A stretch of 64,000 nt of DNA, taken from positions 28,054 to 92,053 of the forward strand of contig MGMS01000009.1 in NCBI GenBank assembly GCA_001796515.1. Reading direction: 5' to 3'. A model generated the notes under the pieces. That model did no database searches. It saw nothing but the letters and a program-made list of their open reading frames with translations, and was not told where the DNA came from. The DNA is from Chloroflexi bacterium RBG_13_51_36 (GTDB lineage: Bacteria; Chloroflexota; Dehalococcoidia; GIF9; AB-539-J10). Position numbers and translations under genes: made by a program. Every line of letters starts with the position of its first letter. Position 1 is the first letter of the stretch. This document shows positions 16,900 through 25,736 of this stretch, piece by piece.

Positions 16900-17279
16900 A
16901 TGAAAGGTCATATCTGTCAAAGAGCGAAAGGTAGCTGGACAATTGTTTATGATCTACCGATGGATGCTGTAACAGGTAAGCGGCGGCAGAAGTCGCAAAC
17001 GGTAAAGGGTACGAAAAGGGATGCTGAACGCGCCTTGCGTGAGGTACTGCTGTCACTTGAGCAGGGGTCATACGTTAAGCCCAACAAGATGACGTTAGGT
17101 GAATTGCTGAGGCAGCGGCGGAGAAGTTTGACAGGATTTTTGATGTGGATGAGGATGAAAAGTCATATGCGAACGTTAGCAAAATGTTAGCAGATTCTGG
17201 TGATTTAGCTAGTGAGCCGTGCGAGACTCGAACTCGCGACACCCTGATTAAAAGTCAGGTGCTCTACCAACTGAGCTAA
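16900..17279 (+). pseudogene. int: Tyrosine integrase remnant: arm-binding N-terminus joined out of frame to the extreme C-terminus
   Basis: 'MKGHI.QR.KGSW.IVYD...D.VTGKRRQKS.TVKGTKRDAE.AL...L..LEQG.YV.P.K.TL.E.L' to ~17115, then 'EAAAEKFD' in another frame from 17109; no catalytic R-H-R-Y core. Confidence 0.8.
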
Positions 17280-17285
17280 CGGCCC
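17213..17285 (-). tRNA. tRNA-Lys (anticodon TTT)
   Basis: GGGCCGTTAGCTCAGTTGGTAGAGCACCTGACTTTTAATCAGGGTGTCGCGAGTTCGAGTCTCGCACGGCTCA folds as a cloverleaf; CCA not encoded. Confidence 0.95.
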
Positions 17286-17310
17286 ATGATTCAGCGAAAC
17301 TATGTGCAGC

Positions 17311-17586
17311 CTATTTTTCTACTGACAGAAGATTGGAGATGTAGATGGCGAAGGCAGGATGAATGTCGCAGACAAATCCCCCATCCACCGCCTCCACAGA
17401 GAAGGTTACCCTGTTGGGCTTTCTGAGAGGATCGCCAAATTTATTAAGCCCCGTTTCATCCCAGGGCATGTTGTGGCCCAAGATTTCCAGTAGACCCTTG
17501 ACGTCCCTCGGGTCTTCTACTATAACTTCGAAGGGGAGCTGATGTGCCAACCCTGCCAACTGGCTATTATTTAACTTTATCCTCAT
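17311..17586 (-). CDS. Hypothetical protein
   Basis: 91 aa ORF with no recognisable motif and no competing ORF. Confidence 0.5.
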   Translation of the reverse strand: MRIKLNNSQLAGLAHQLPFEVIVEDPRDVKGLLEILGHNMPWDETGLNKFGDPLRKPNRVTFSVEAVDGGFVCDIHPAFAIYISNLLSVEK

Positions 17587-17625
17587 CTTCTAATCCGCAT
17601 TCTCGTTGTTTGTAGATATCACCAC

Positions 17626-17669
17626 AGCGGGTGATGGGATTCGAACCCACGACGTCTTACTTGGGAAGC
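17626..17669 (-). pseudogene. 3' half of a tRNA-Gly(CCC) allele (att-like remnant)
   Basis: Reverse complement GCTTCCCAAGTAAGACGTCGTGGGTTCGAATCCCATCACCCGCT: anticodon loop, T-arm and acceptor strand. Confidence 0.75.
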
Positions 17670-17920
17670 GCATATTTGCAGGGAATGACTATTGACCTCC
17701 TAAGCCCCATAATTCATAGTATGTCAAAAATGGCGAAAATGTCAAGGCAAATGAGTGAGGGAGTGAAAACGTTAGAAGTCTCGGCTCATATCCCGTTTCG
17801 GAGACTTTATAGTGAGATGGTTTTAGTAGTATCGGAGGTTCTGAGCCCTGTATCGGAAGATTGTTGGTGAGTTTGACTCTGGGGCTGGTAGAGGTTACGA
17901 TAAGAGCAGGAAGAAAGAAC

Positions 17921-18319
17921 ATGGAATCTAGTGCTAATCGTAGGAGTGGGCTGCTTACCGCTGGTGGAGTACTGAGCATAATAGCAGGGGCATCTCAGAT
18001 AATCTTCGGACTGATAGTGCTGGGTTTAATGATAGGCTTTGCCATCTGGGGTGGATATAATCCTTTTCCACATATACCTTGGATGCCAGACAATCGGTTA
18101 GAGATTACGGTATATCCTTTGTTCCCAACGTGGCTCACTATTGTGGGAGTGCCTGCTCTAGCTTTAGGCATAGTGGCCATAATAGGCGGTATCTACGCCC
18201 TAAGAAGGAAGAGTTTTGGCTTGTCCTTAGCTGGGGCTATGTGCGCCCTGCCATCAGTCATTTTGGGAATACTGGCAGTTATCTTTGTATCACTGTCAAA
18301 GAAGGAATTTGAGGCATAG
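17921..18319 (+). CDS. Hypothetical membrane protein (about 3 TM helices)
   Basis: 'LLTAGGVLSIIAG...LGIVAIIGGIYALRRK.FGL.LAGA...LGILAVIFVSLSKKEF'. Confidence 0.7.
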   Translation: MESSANRRSGLLTAGGVLSIIAGASQIIFGLIVLGLMIGFAIWGGYNPFPHIPWMPDNRLEITVYPLFPTWLTIVGVPALALGIVAIIGGIYALRRKSFGLSLAGAMCALPSVILGILAVIFVSLSKKEFEA

Positions 18320-18398
18320 AAATAGATGCGGAAGTGGCGGAATGGCAGGTGAAGCACTGGCGGTTGGCTGAGTGATTAGGATAGTTAGAAGGGAAGTG

Positions 18399-18470
18399 AG
18401 CGGGAGACGAGACTCGAACTCGCGACTCTCTGCTTGGGAAGCAGATGTTCTACCACTGAACTACTCCCGC
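18399..18470 (-). tRNA. tRNA-Gly (anticodon CCC)
   Basis: GCGGGAGTAGTTCAGTGGTAGAACATCTGCTTCCCAAGCAGAGAGTCGCGAGTTCGAGTCTCGTCTCCCGCT folds as a cloverleaf. Confidence 0.95.
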
Positions 18471-18533
18471 GTGAGTGCTGTAATGGCTATTGGTGGCGGA
18501 ATAGTTCATTATCAAATGGAATGAGCATTGATG

Positions 18534-19784
18534 TCAAGAATGAGTCGGCTCGGGTGGTATGAGCGTCAGCAGCTTCCTTACAATCTTAGGATATTTGGCA
18601 ATGAAGAGCAATTCATCTTCGATCAGGGGTTTTTGGGCCTCCACGTTAGCATACCTGGCTAATTCCAGAACCTCTTCAGCTTGCGTCGCGTTTTCGAATG
18701 ACACCTCGATTTTGCCCATTACGTGTTTGAAACCGGATATTCCGCTGTATTCTCCCGAGCATATCTCTCTGCCGGTTTCCACAAGCTCCGGTTCGCCTCT
18801 GCCTACTTCATCAAAGCTGTATAGCTCGTAGTTGTGGGGGTCCTTCAACACACCGTCAGCGTGAATACCGGATTCGTGGGCGAAGGCATTGGCTCCGACG
18901 CCCGGCTGGTTTATGGGGACCGGGACCTCAAAGGCGTAGCTAGCGAATCTGCTTATCTTCCAGGCCTTCTTGAGGTCTACGGGCTTGGCCAGTTGATATT
19001 TTTCGGCGAACCCCTTGGATTTGGTGACAGCCAGGACGGTGGCGACAAGGTCAGCATTGCCGGCCCTTTCTCCGATGCCGTTGATGGTGGTGTTGATGTA
19101 GGCATCTTGCCCACCGTCTATGGCCCCTTTAGCCCCGGCAATCGAATTGGCCACAGCCATGCCCAGGTCGCCATGACAATGGAGTTCGATGGGGATTCCG
19201 ACGTTCTCTGCGACAGTCCTGGTGCTTTGGTAGATGGTAAACGGGTTGTCATAGCCCAGGGTATCGCAATATCTAAATCGTTGAGCTCCATGTTCCTTGA
19301 CTGCGGAGGCGAATGTAATCAGGAAATCCGTATCGGTTCGGGACGCATCCTCGGCATTTACGCCTATGCTTTGAGTTCCGTGGGAGCGAGCGGCTTCCAA
19401 AGCATCGACCATCATGCTCACGACATCGTCCCGGCTCTTGGCGCCCTGGAATTTGCCCTGAATCATCTGGTCCGACGTGGAAATAGAAAGATTAACGTGC
19501 TGAAGTCCCGGGACAAGCTTGAAGGCCTTTTCAACATCATCTACGACGGCCCTTATCCACCCCCCCAGCCGAATGGGTTTCAGGACGCCCGTCTCGGCCA
19601 GTTCCAGGTTCGCCTGAAGATAGTATTGTTCGTGTCTGGTGGTCGGGAACCCAAATTCGGACTGAAAGACCCCCATTTCGTTGAGGTACATATTTATCAT
19701 GGTCTTTTCCAGCTTGGATAGACCGAGGTGTGCAGTCTGAACGCCGTCGCGATTGGTAACATCTATGAGATAAATCCCGGACAT
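18534..19784 (-). CDS. Homocitrate synthase-family DRE-TIM enzyme (possibly Re-citrate synthase)
   Basis: 'DVTNRDGVQ', 'HCHGDLGMAVAN', 'NGIGERAGN', 'AHESGIHADG'. Confidence 0.85.
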   Translation of the reverse strand: MSGIYLIDVTNRDGVQTAHLGLSKLEKTMINMYLNEMGVFQSEFGFPTTRHEQYYLQANLELAETGVLKPIRLGGWIRAVVDDVEKAFKLVPGLQHVNLSISTSDQMIQGKFQGAKSRDDVVSMMVDALEAARSHGTQSIGVNAEDASRTDTDFLITFASAVKEHGAQRFRYCDTLGYDNPFTIYQSTRTVAENVGIPIELHCHGDLGMAVANSIAGAKGAIDGGQDAYINTTINGIGERAGNADLVATVLAVTKSKGFAEKYQLAKPVDLKKAWKISRFASYAFEVPVPINQPGVGANAFAHESGIHADGVLKDPHNYELYSFDEVGRGEPELVETGREICSGEYSGISGFKHVMGKIEVSFENATQAEEVLELARYANVEAQKPLIEDELLFIAKYPKIVRKLLTLIPPEPTHS

Positions 19785-19900
19785 CTTTGCCTCCCAGGAA
19801 GTGTGAGTACAACAACGATAGCATTATTCTTTCACGTTATCAAGTTCTGGCTGCGCTGGGTTTGTCTGTCTTCCGAACCTGAGAAGCAGCGCAAGGTCTG

Positions 19901-19927
19901 GATTCTTCGCTTCGCCGAGAATGACAG
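19901..19927 (+). repeat. REP-like element, related to the copy at 33402-33428
   Basis: GATTCTTCGCTTCGCCGAGAATGACAG vs AGTTGTTCGCTTAGCTCAGGATGACAG (20/27 identical). Confidence 0.5.
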
Positions 19928-20017
19928 CAGGCAAAGGGCTCAGAAAGGCAAGAGGGCGTTACCAAAGGCTTATTCAGAACTTCCTTTATGTTCGTGCTTT
20001 CGATTATACTAAGAACG

Positions 20018-21055
20018 ATGACGACTAAAACAATAGAATGGCTTGATGGCAAGCTAAGAATATTGGACCAGAGCAGGCTTCCACGTGAGCAAATCTTCGC
20101 TGATCTGGATAATTACCACGATGTAGTCCTAGCTATTAAGGAAATGAAGGTCCGCGGGGCGCCGGCCATCGGGATCGTTGCTGCCTATGGGATAGCGCTG
20201 GGTGCAGCAGGCATTAAGACGACAAACAAGGATGATTTTCTCGCTCAGTTGAATCAGATTATGCAGGCCTTTGCCACCTCCAGACCTACTGCGGTCAACC
20301 TCTTTCAAGCAATCAGCAAGATGAAGAAGGCTGCTGAAGGAGATAGCGTCACTGAAGTTAGAAAGTCGCTTATCAATGAAGCAAGGCGGATTCACCAGGA
20401 AGAGATAAGCGCAACCGAGAAGCTCAGCCGGCTGGGAGCCAGACTCATCAGGGATGGATTCACCGTGCTTACTCATTGCAACGCCGGTTCTCTGGCCACC
20501 GCGGGTTATGGCACCGCCCTGGGCGTCATCAAAGCTGCTAGGGAGCAAGGAAAGAAAATGAGTGTCTTTGCCACGGAAACCCGTCCCCTTCTCCAGGGAG
20601 CCAGACTCACTACGTGGGAACTAATGCAGGAGGGCATCCCGGTGACTTTGATTACCGATTCCATGGCTGGCTATTTCATGAAGCGGGGAGAGATAGACTG
20701 CGTCATCGTGGGCGCCGACAGGATTGCGGCCAATGGCTATACTGCCAACAAGATCGGTACCTACGCTCTGGCGGTCCTTGCCAATGCCCACGGTATCCCG
20801 TTCTATGTCGCTGCTCCGACAAGCACCATTGACCTCTCCCTGACCAGTGGCTACCAGATTCCAATTGAAGAGCGAAGCCCTGAGGAAGTAACTCATATCC
20901 AGGGAGTAGCTATTGCTCCGGTGGGCGTGAAGGCAGCTAATCCGGCCTTCGACGTCACTCCCCCTAGTCATGTAACGGCCATAATCACTGAGAAGGGCAT
21001 AATAAGGGCGCCCTACACAGAAGGACTGAAAGAGGTAAGCTCCGGATCTTCATAG
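20018..21055 (+). CDS. mtnA: S-methyl-5-thioribose-1-phosphate isomerase
   Basis: 'VRGAPAIG', 'SRPTAVNL', 'LTHCNAGSLATAGYGTALG', 'ETRPLLQGARLT', 'NPAFDVTP'. Confidence 0.95.
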   Translation: MTTKTIEWLDGKLRILDQSRLPREQIFADLDNYHDVVLAIKEMKVRGAPAIGIVAAYGIALGAAGIKTTNKDDFLAQLNQIMQAFATSRPTAVNLFQAISKMKKAAEGDSVTEVRKSLINEARRIHQEEISATEKLSRLGARLIRDGFTVLTHCNAGSLATAGYGTALGVIKAAREQGKKMSVFATETRPLLQGARLTTWELMQEGIPVTLITDSMAGYFMKRGEIDCVIVGADRIAANGYTANKIGTYALAVLANAHGIPFYVAAPTSTIDLSLTSGYQIPIEERSPEEVTHIQGVAIAPVGVKAANPAFDVTPPSHVTAIITEKGIIRAPYTEGLKEVSSGSS

Positions 21056-21245
21056 TCCAGGTCTTCAATGGTCGTGCAGCACAAAGACAAAGCCGTGCAC
21101 CTCGTTTGCTTACAAGGCAATTTTGAGGGGCAGGGCTTGTCCCTACCGATTCTTTCTTATTGGTGGATATCTCACTAAGCTTTGAAGGGAAAATGTTGCT
21201 TTACCTTTCAACAGTTGCAGTGGTAAAATAGTGTAAAGGATAGCG

Positions 21246-21998
21246 ATGTCAGGACATTCTAAGTGGGCAAATATTAAGCGGCAGAAGGGAGCGGCTGATG
21301 CGAAACGCGGGCAGGTATTTACCAGGCTTGCTCGAGAAATCATAGTTGCCGTACGTCAGGGCGGGGTCAGTCTGGATAGTAATTTCCGATTGCGTTTGGC
21401 AGTCCAGAAAGCCCGAGATAGCAACATGCCTTCGGATAATATAGAGAGGGCCATAAAGAGAGGCAGCGGTGAGGCTGGGGAAGCAGCGCTGACCGAAATA
21501 AGGTTTGAAGGCTATGGGCCGAGCGGCATAGCAGTTCTGGTGGACGCCCTGACTGATAACCGCAATCGCACTGTCCAGGATGTGCGCCGTATGTTCACCC
21601 GCCACGGTGGCAATCTGGGTGAGACTGGCTGTGTCTCCTGGCTCTTTGAGAATAGAGGAGTAATCACTGTGGAAAGCGATGCCTCAGATGCCGAAGGAAT
21701 AGTGCTGCGGGCTATTGATGCCGGAGCCGAAGATGTCAAGACCGATAATAGCTTTGTGGAGATTTACACGCAACCACAGGATTTAGAGAGGATAAGGAAG
21801 GTCATTGAAGAGAAAGAACATGTGGTTTCGGCAGAGGTGTCGCTGACACCCAAGACTACAGTGATACTGGACGAAAATAAAGCAGTTCAGGCCTTGAATT
21901 TCCTCGACGAGCTGGAAGCCTTAGACGACGTACAAAATGTCGTCTCCAATCTCGATTTTTCGGATACTACCCTAGAAAGGCTGCGCAGTCAAAGCTAA
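21246..21998 (+). CDS. yebC: YebC/PmpR family protein
   Basis: 'MSGHSKWANIK', 'EGYGP.G', 'TDNRNRT'. Confidence 0.95.
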   Translation: MSGHSKWANIKRQKGAADAKRGQVFTRLAREIIVAVRQGGVSLDSNFRLRLAVQKARDSNMPSDNIERAIKRGSGEAGEAALTEIRFEGYGPSGIAVLVDALTDNRNRTVQDVRRMFTRHGGNLGETGCVSWLFENRGVITVESDASDAEGIVLRAIDAGAEDVKTDNSFVEIYTQPQDLERIRKVIEEKEHVVSAEVSLTPKTTVILDENKAVQALNFLDELEALDDVQNVVSNLDFSDTTLERLRSQS

Positions 21999-21999
21999 T

Positions 22000-22500
22000 A
22001 TGCGTATTCTCGGGGTTGATCCTGGTACTATAAACCTAGGATACGGTGTGGTGGATGGCGAAGAGGAGATGCGTATGGTGGATTGCGGAGTAATCAAGTT
22101 GTCGCGTAGACTTTCCATGGAGGAAAGGCTGCGCTCTCTTTACCACGAATTAAGCAAAATCATCGCCAGGTATCAGCCCGGAGAAGTGGCCATTGAAGAG
22201 CCTTTCATCGGCCACAACGTAAAATCAGCGTTCGCTATCGGCAAAGCACAGGCTATAGCTATCCTGGCAGCAGTCAACCAGGAATTGCCCGTCTACTATT
22301 ACTCGCCAGCCAAGGTAAAGCAGCAAATAACCAGCTATGGACAAAGCGACAAGCAACAGGTTCAAGAAATGGTAAGAGTCCAGCTCGGGCTCGCTGAGCT
22401 ACCTCAGCCTAGCGATGCTGCGGATGCTCTGGCTGTAGCTATGTGCCACATCCAGCAAAGGCACCTTAGTCACTGGCTCACCGAACATACGCCGGAATGA
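22000..22500 (+). CDS. ruvC: Holliday junction resolvase RuvC
   Basis: 'ILGVDPG', 'AIEE', 'DAADALAVA'. Confidence 0.95.
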   Translation: MRILGVDPGTINLGYGVVDGEEEMRMVDCGVIKLSRRLSMEERLRSLYHELSKIIARYQPGEVAIEEPFIGHNVKSAFAIGKAQAIAILAAVNQELPVYYYSPAKVKQQITSYGQSDKQQVQEMVRVQLGLAELPQPSDAADALAVAMCHIQQRHLSHWLTEHTPE

Positions 22501-23078
22501 TAGCTACATTAGAAGGAGTACTGGAGTATCGCGGTACCGACTCCGTTATCATTAATGTCGGCGGAATAGGTTTTCTGTTGTATGTCCCCAGCTCAACTTT
22601 GGGCCGATTAGGAGCTGGCAAGGGCAAGGTCTTCCTCTATACCCATCTCCACGTGAGAGAGGACAATATTTCCCTTTACGGTTTTGCCTCAAGCGAGGAA
22701 TTAGCTTTATTTAAGAACCTTGTTTCCGTCTCCGGAATTGGGGCCAAGTTGGCTTTAGCTCTACTCTCGGCGTGGAATCCCGAGCGACTTGTGGTGGCCA
22801 TAACCAGCGGCGATATCGATCTACTGAGCCAGACCCCGGGCATCGGCAAGAAAATGGCCGGCCGCCTCGTTGTCGAACTGAAGGGTAAATTGGAGAAGGA
22901 GTGGAAAGAGATAGGCCTGCCCCTGGCCCCGGAGAATACCGACATCATAGCTGCTTTGACTGGCCTGGGCTACTCTGTGGCGGAAGCCAGTAAAGCTATC
23001 TCCAGGCTTCCGAATTCTGAAGGGCTGAGCTTAGAAGAGAAGCTTAAGATGGCACTGCAGCAGATGGCAAAGGGATAG
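22497..23078 (+). CDS. ruvA: Holliday junction branch migration protein RuvA
   Basis: 'VRED...LYGF', HhH motifs 'VSGIGAK' and 'PGIGKK', 'AL..LGYS'. Confidence 0.95.
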   Translation: MIATLEGVLEYRGTDSVIINVGGIGFLLYVPSSTLGRLGAGKGKVFLYTHLHVREDNISLYGFASSEELALFKNLVSVSGIGAKLALALLSAWNPERLVVAITSGDIDLLSQTPGIGKKMAGRLVVELKGKLEKEWKEIGLPLAPENTDIIAALTGLGYSVAEASKAISRLPNSEGLSLEEKLKMALQQMAKG

Positions 23079-23254
23079 GTTGGCAGAGGCAGAGCCAAGG
23101 AAGAAAGGCATGATTGCTCTTCCTTCGAAGCTGATGTTGCATGATATAATGAGGTGTTGTTTTTCATTTTTCCTGCCCGAGCGGACAACGAGGCAGATTT
23201 GGCCGAAATAGAATGTGCAAATGCGACCATACTTCGTGAGTTGGAGAGGGAACT

Positions 23255-25678
23255 ATGAAGTTTGTGAAATGGTTTGATGAGATCGGAGCAGAAGACGTAG
23301 CTTTGGTCGGTGGTAAGAATGCGTCTCTTGGTGAAATGATAAGAAGTCTGGGCAAGAAAGGGGTGAATATTCCGCCCGGGTTCGCCATTACTGCTGAAGC
23401 GTACAAGTATCTAGTGAAGAGAGCAGGCATTAGGCAGAGAATCAAAGGCATTTTAGCGGATCTGGATACACATGATATGGAGGATTTGGCGGACAGAGGC
23501 GAGAAGCTGCGGAATTTGATAGCACATTCTCGCTGCCCAAGAGACCTGGAAGAGGAAATAGTAATTTCCTATCGGAAGCTGGAAGAGAGATTTGGAAAGA
23601 GTGTGGATGTTGCCGTGAGAAGTAGTGCCACTGCCGAGGATCTGCCTACAGCCTCGTTTGCGGGACAGCAAACGAGTTACTTGAACGTGCGCGGAGAAGG
23701 TGATCTCCTGGAAAGGGTGATGGATTGCTTTGCATCCTTGTTCACAAACCGGGCGATATCCTACCGGGTGGATAAGGGATTCGACCATCTAAGTGTCTAC
23801 GTATCAGTGGGAGTGCAAAAGATGGTGCGGTCGGATCTAGCCTGCGCCGGTGTCATGTTTTCCATAGATACAGATTCAGGTTTCCGGGATGTGGTCTACA
23901 TAACTGCTGCCTATGGTCTGGGAGAAAATGTGGTACAGGGAATTGTTGACCCGGACCAGTTCTACGTTTTCAAGCCCACTCTGAAGAAGGGTTTCAGACC
24001 CATTGTCGAGAAGAAGCTGGGCCTGAAGGATAATAGATTGGTCTACATGAGACATGGGTCCGGAGCGGAGCAGAAACAGGTCAAGGTTGAAGAGCAAAGA
24101 CAGTTCGCATTAAATGACGATGAGATCTTGACTCTGGCCAGATGGGCTTGCATTATAGAAGAACACTATGGCGTACCCATGGATATTGAATGGGCAAAAG
24201 ATGGAACAAACGGGGAACTTTTTGTAGTCCAAGCCCGGCCAGAGACGGTGCATTCGCAGGTAGACTTAACTTCACTGAGGACCTACGTGCTTGAAGAGAG
24301 AGGGAGATTACTGGCTAGAGGGGAGCCGGTGGGTACAAAGATAGGGCAAGGTGAAGTACATGTAATAGAAGATAGCAGTGAAATCCAAAAATTCAAGAGC
24401 GGTCAGGTCCTGGTCGCTGATATGACAGACCCCGACTGGGAACCGATAATGAAGATTGCCAGTGGCATAGTCACCAACAAAGGTGGCAGGACCTGTCATG
24501 CAGCCATAGTTAGTCGTGAGCTCGGCGTACCATGTGTAATCAGCACGGGCAATGGGACGGAAGTCTTGGAGGAGGGACAAGAGGTCACGATAAATTGCTC
24601 AGGGGGTGAGGGCAGGGTATATGAAGGGAGACTGAAATACAGAATAGATGAGGTAGAAGTGACTAAGGTCCCCAGGCCCAGGACCAGAATAATGATGAAT
24701 TTCGGCATTCCTGGCGGTGCGTTTATTCAAAGCCAAATTCCCAACGACGGTGTAGGTCTGGCTCGGGAGGAGTTCATCATTAACTCCTACATCGGCATAC
24801 ATCCGATGGCGCTAATACAATATGATGAGCTGAAGAAAGCAGCGAGCGGAGACGAGAAGCTGACAAAGGTTATCAAAGAGATAGATCAGAAGAGCGTGCC
24901 GTATAGGGACAAGAAGGGGTTTTTCATTGACAATTTGGCGATGGGGATAGCGAAAATAGCTGCGGGATTCCATCCCAACGATGTCATCGTTCGGTTTTCT
25001 GATTTCAGAACAAATGAGTATGCCAATTTGGTCGGGGGATATCGTTACGAGCCCAAGGAGAGAAATCCCATGCTTGGCTGGAGGGGAGCATCTCGCTACT
25101 ATGATAAGAGATTCAAGCCCGCCTTTGGTTTGGAATGCCTGGCTATAAGGAAAGTGAGAGATGAGATGGGCCTGACCAACGTCAAGGTGATGATTCCTTT
25201 TTGCCGGACGCCGGAAGAGGGGATGAAGGTCATGGAAGCCATGGAAGAGTTTGGCCTAAGGCGAGGAGAAAATGGATTGGAGGTGTATGTGATGTGCGAG
25301 ATACCATCAAATGTGATACTGGCTGAAGAATTCGCCGATGTATTTGATGGATTCAGTATAGGGTCGAACGATTTAACGCAGCTAACTCTTGGTTTGGATA
25401 GAGACTCCGAACTCGTGGCACACATATTTGATGAAAGAAATGAAGCAGTGAAACGATTGGTAAAGCAACTCATATATGCTGCACACCGCCACAAACCGAG
25501 GAGAAAAGTGGGGATATGCGGGCAGGCGCCGAGTGATTTCCCCGAATTTGCCGAGTTCCTGGTTGAATGCGGGATAGATTCAATGTCTCTAAATCCGGAT
25601 GTGGTGCTGGCAACGAGGTTGAATATCGCAGAGGTGGAGAAAAGAATAAAGTCAAAGACCAGAAGAAAGCAGAAGTGA
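23255..25678 (+). CDS. ppsA: Phosphoenolpyruvate synthase
   Basis: 'VGGKNASLGEM', 'VAVRSSATAEDLP.ASFAGQQ', 'GGRTCHAAIVSRE', 'FSIGSNDLTQL'. Confidence 0.95.
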   Translation: MKFVKWFDEIGAEDVALVGGKNASLGEMIRSLGKKGVNIPPGFAITAEAYKYLVKRAGIRQRIKGILADLDTHDMEDLADRGEKLRNLIAHSRCPRDLEEEIVISYRKLEERFGKSVDVAVRSSATAEDLPTASFAGQQTSYLNVRGEGDLLERVMDCFASLFTNRAISYRVDKGFDHLSVYVSVGVQKMVRSDLACAGVMFSIDTDSGFRDVVYITAAYGLGENVVQGIVDPDQFYVFKPTLKKGFRPIVEKKLGLKDNRLVYMRHGSGAEQKQVKVEEQRQFALNDDEILTLARWACIIEEHYGVPMDIEWAKDGTNGELFVVQARPETVHSQVDLTSLRTYVLEERGRLLARGEPVGTKIGQGEVHVIEDSSEIQKFKSGQVLVADMTDPDWEPIMKIASGIVTNKGGRTCHAAIVSRELGVPCVISTGNGTEVLEEGQEVTINCSGGEGRVYEGRLKYRIDEVEVTKVPRPRTRIMMNFGIPGGAFIQSQIPNDGVGLAREEFIINSYIGIHPMALIQYDELKKAASGDEKLTKVIKEIDQKSVPYRDKKGFFIDNLAMGIAKIAAGFHPNDVIVRFSDFRTNEYANLVGGYRYEPKERNPMLGWRGASRYYDKRFKPAFGLECLAIRKVRDEMGLTNVKVMIPFCRTPEEGMKVMEAMEEFGLRRGENGLEVYVMCEIPSNVILAEEFADVFDGFSIGSNDLTQLTLGLDRDSELVAHIFDERNEAVKRLVKQLIYAAHRHKPRRKVGICGQAPSDFPEFAEFLVECGIDSMSLNPDVVLATRLNIAEVEKRIKSKTRRKQK

Positions 25679-25736
25679 GGGTGCTGCTGAAGCAGACTAA
25701 GGATTTTGCGTTGACCTGCAATACTATAGTGATTCC

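Larger units (their letters stand above)
12321..17254. mobile_element. Integrated rolling-circle element in tRNA-Lys(TTT), integrase-defective
   Basis: Exact 42-bp direct repeats equal to the tRNA-Lys 3' half; contains HUH Rep, Xis-like HTH and an integrase remnant; more AT-rich than its flanks. Confidence 0.9.

Noticed and set aside
12321-17254. Filamentous (inovirus) prophage interpretation of the element
   Set aside because: No Zot/pI-like ATPase or small coat-protein cluster is visible
18834-19721. 295-aa plus-strand ORF
   Set aside because: Antisense shadow of the homocitrate-synthase-family gene, with no motifs
23078-23255. ruvB absent after ruvC-ruvA
   Set aside because: ruvB is often unlinked, and its absence from the genome cannot be judged from this window
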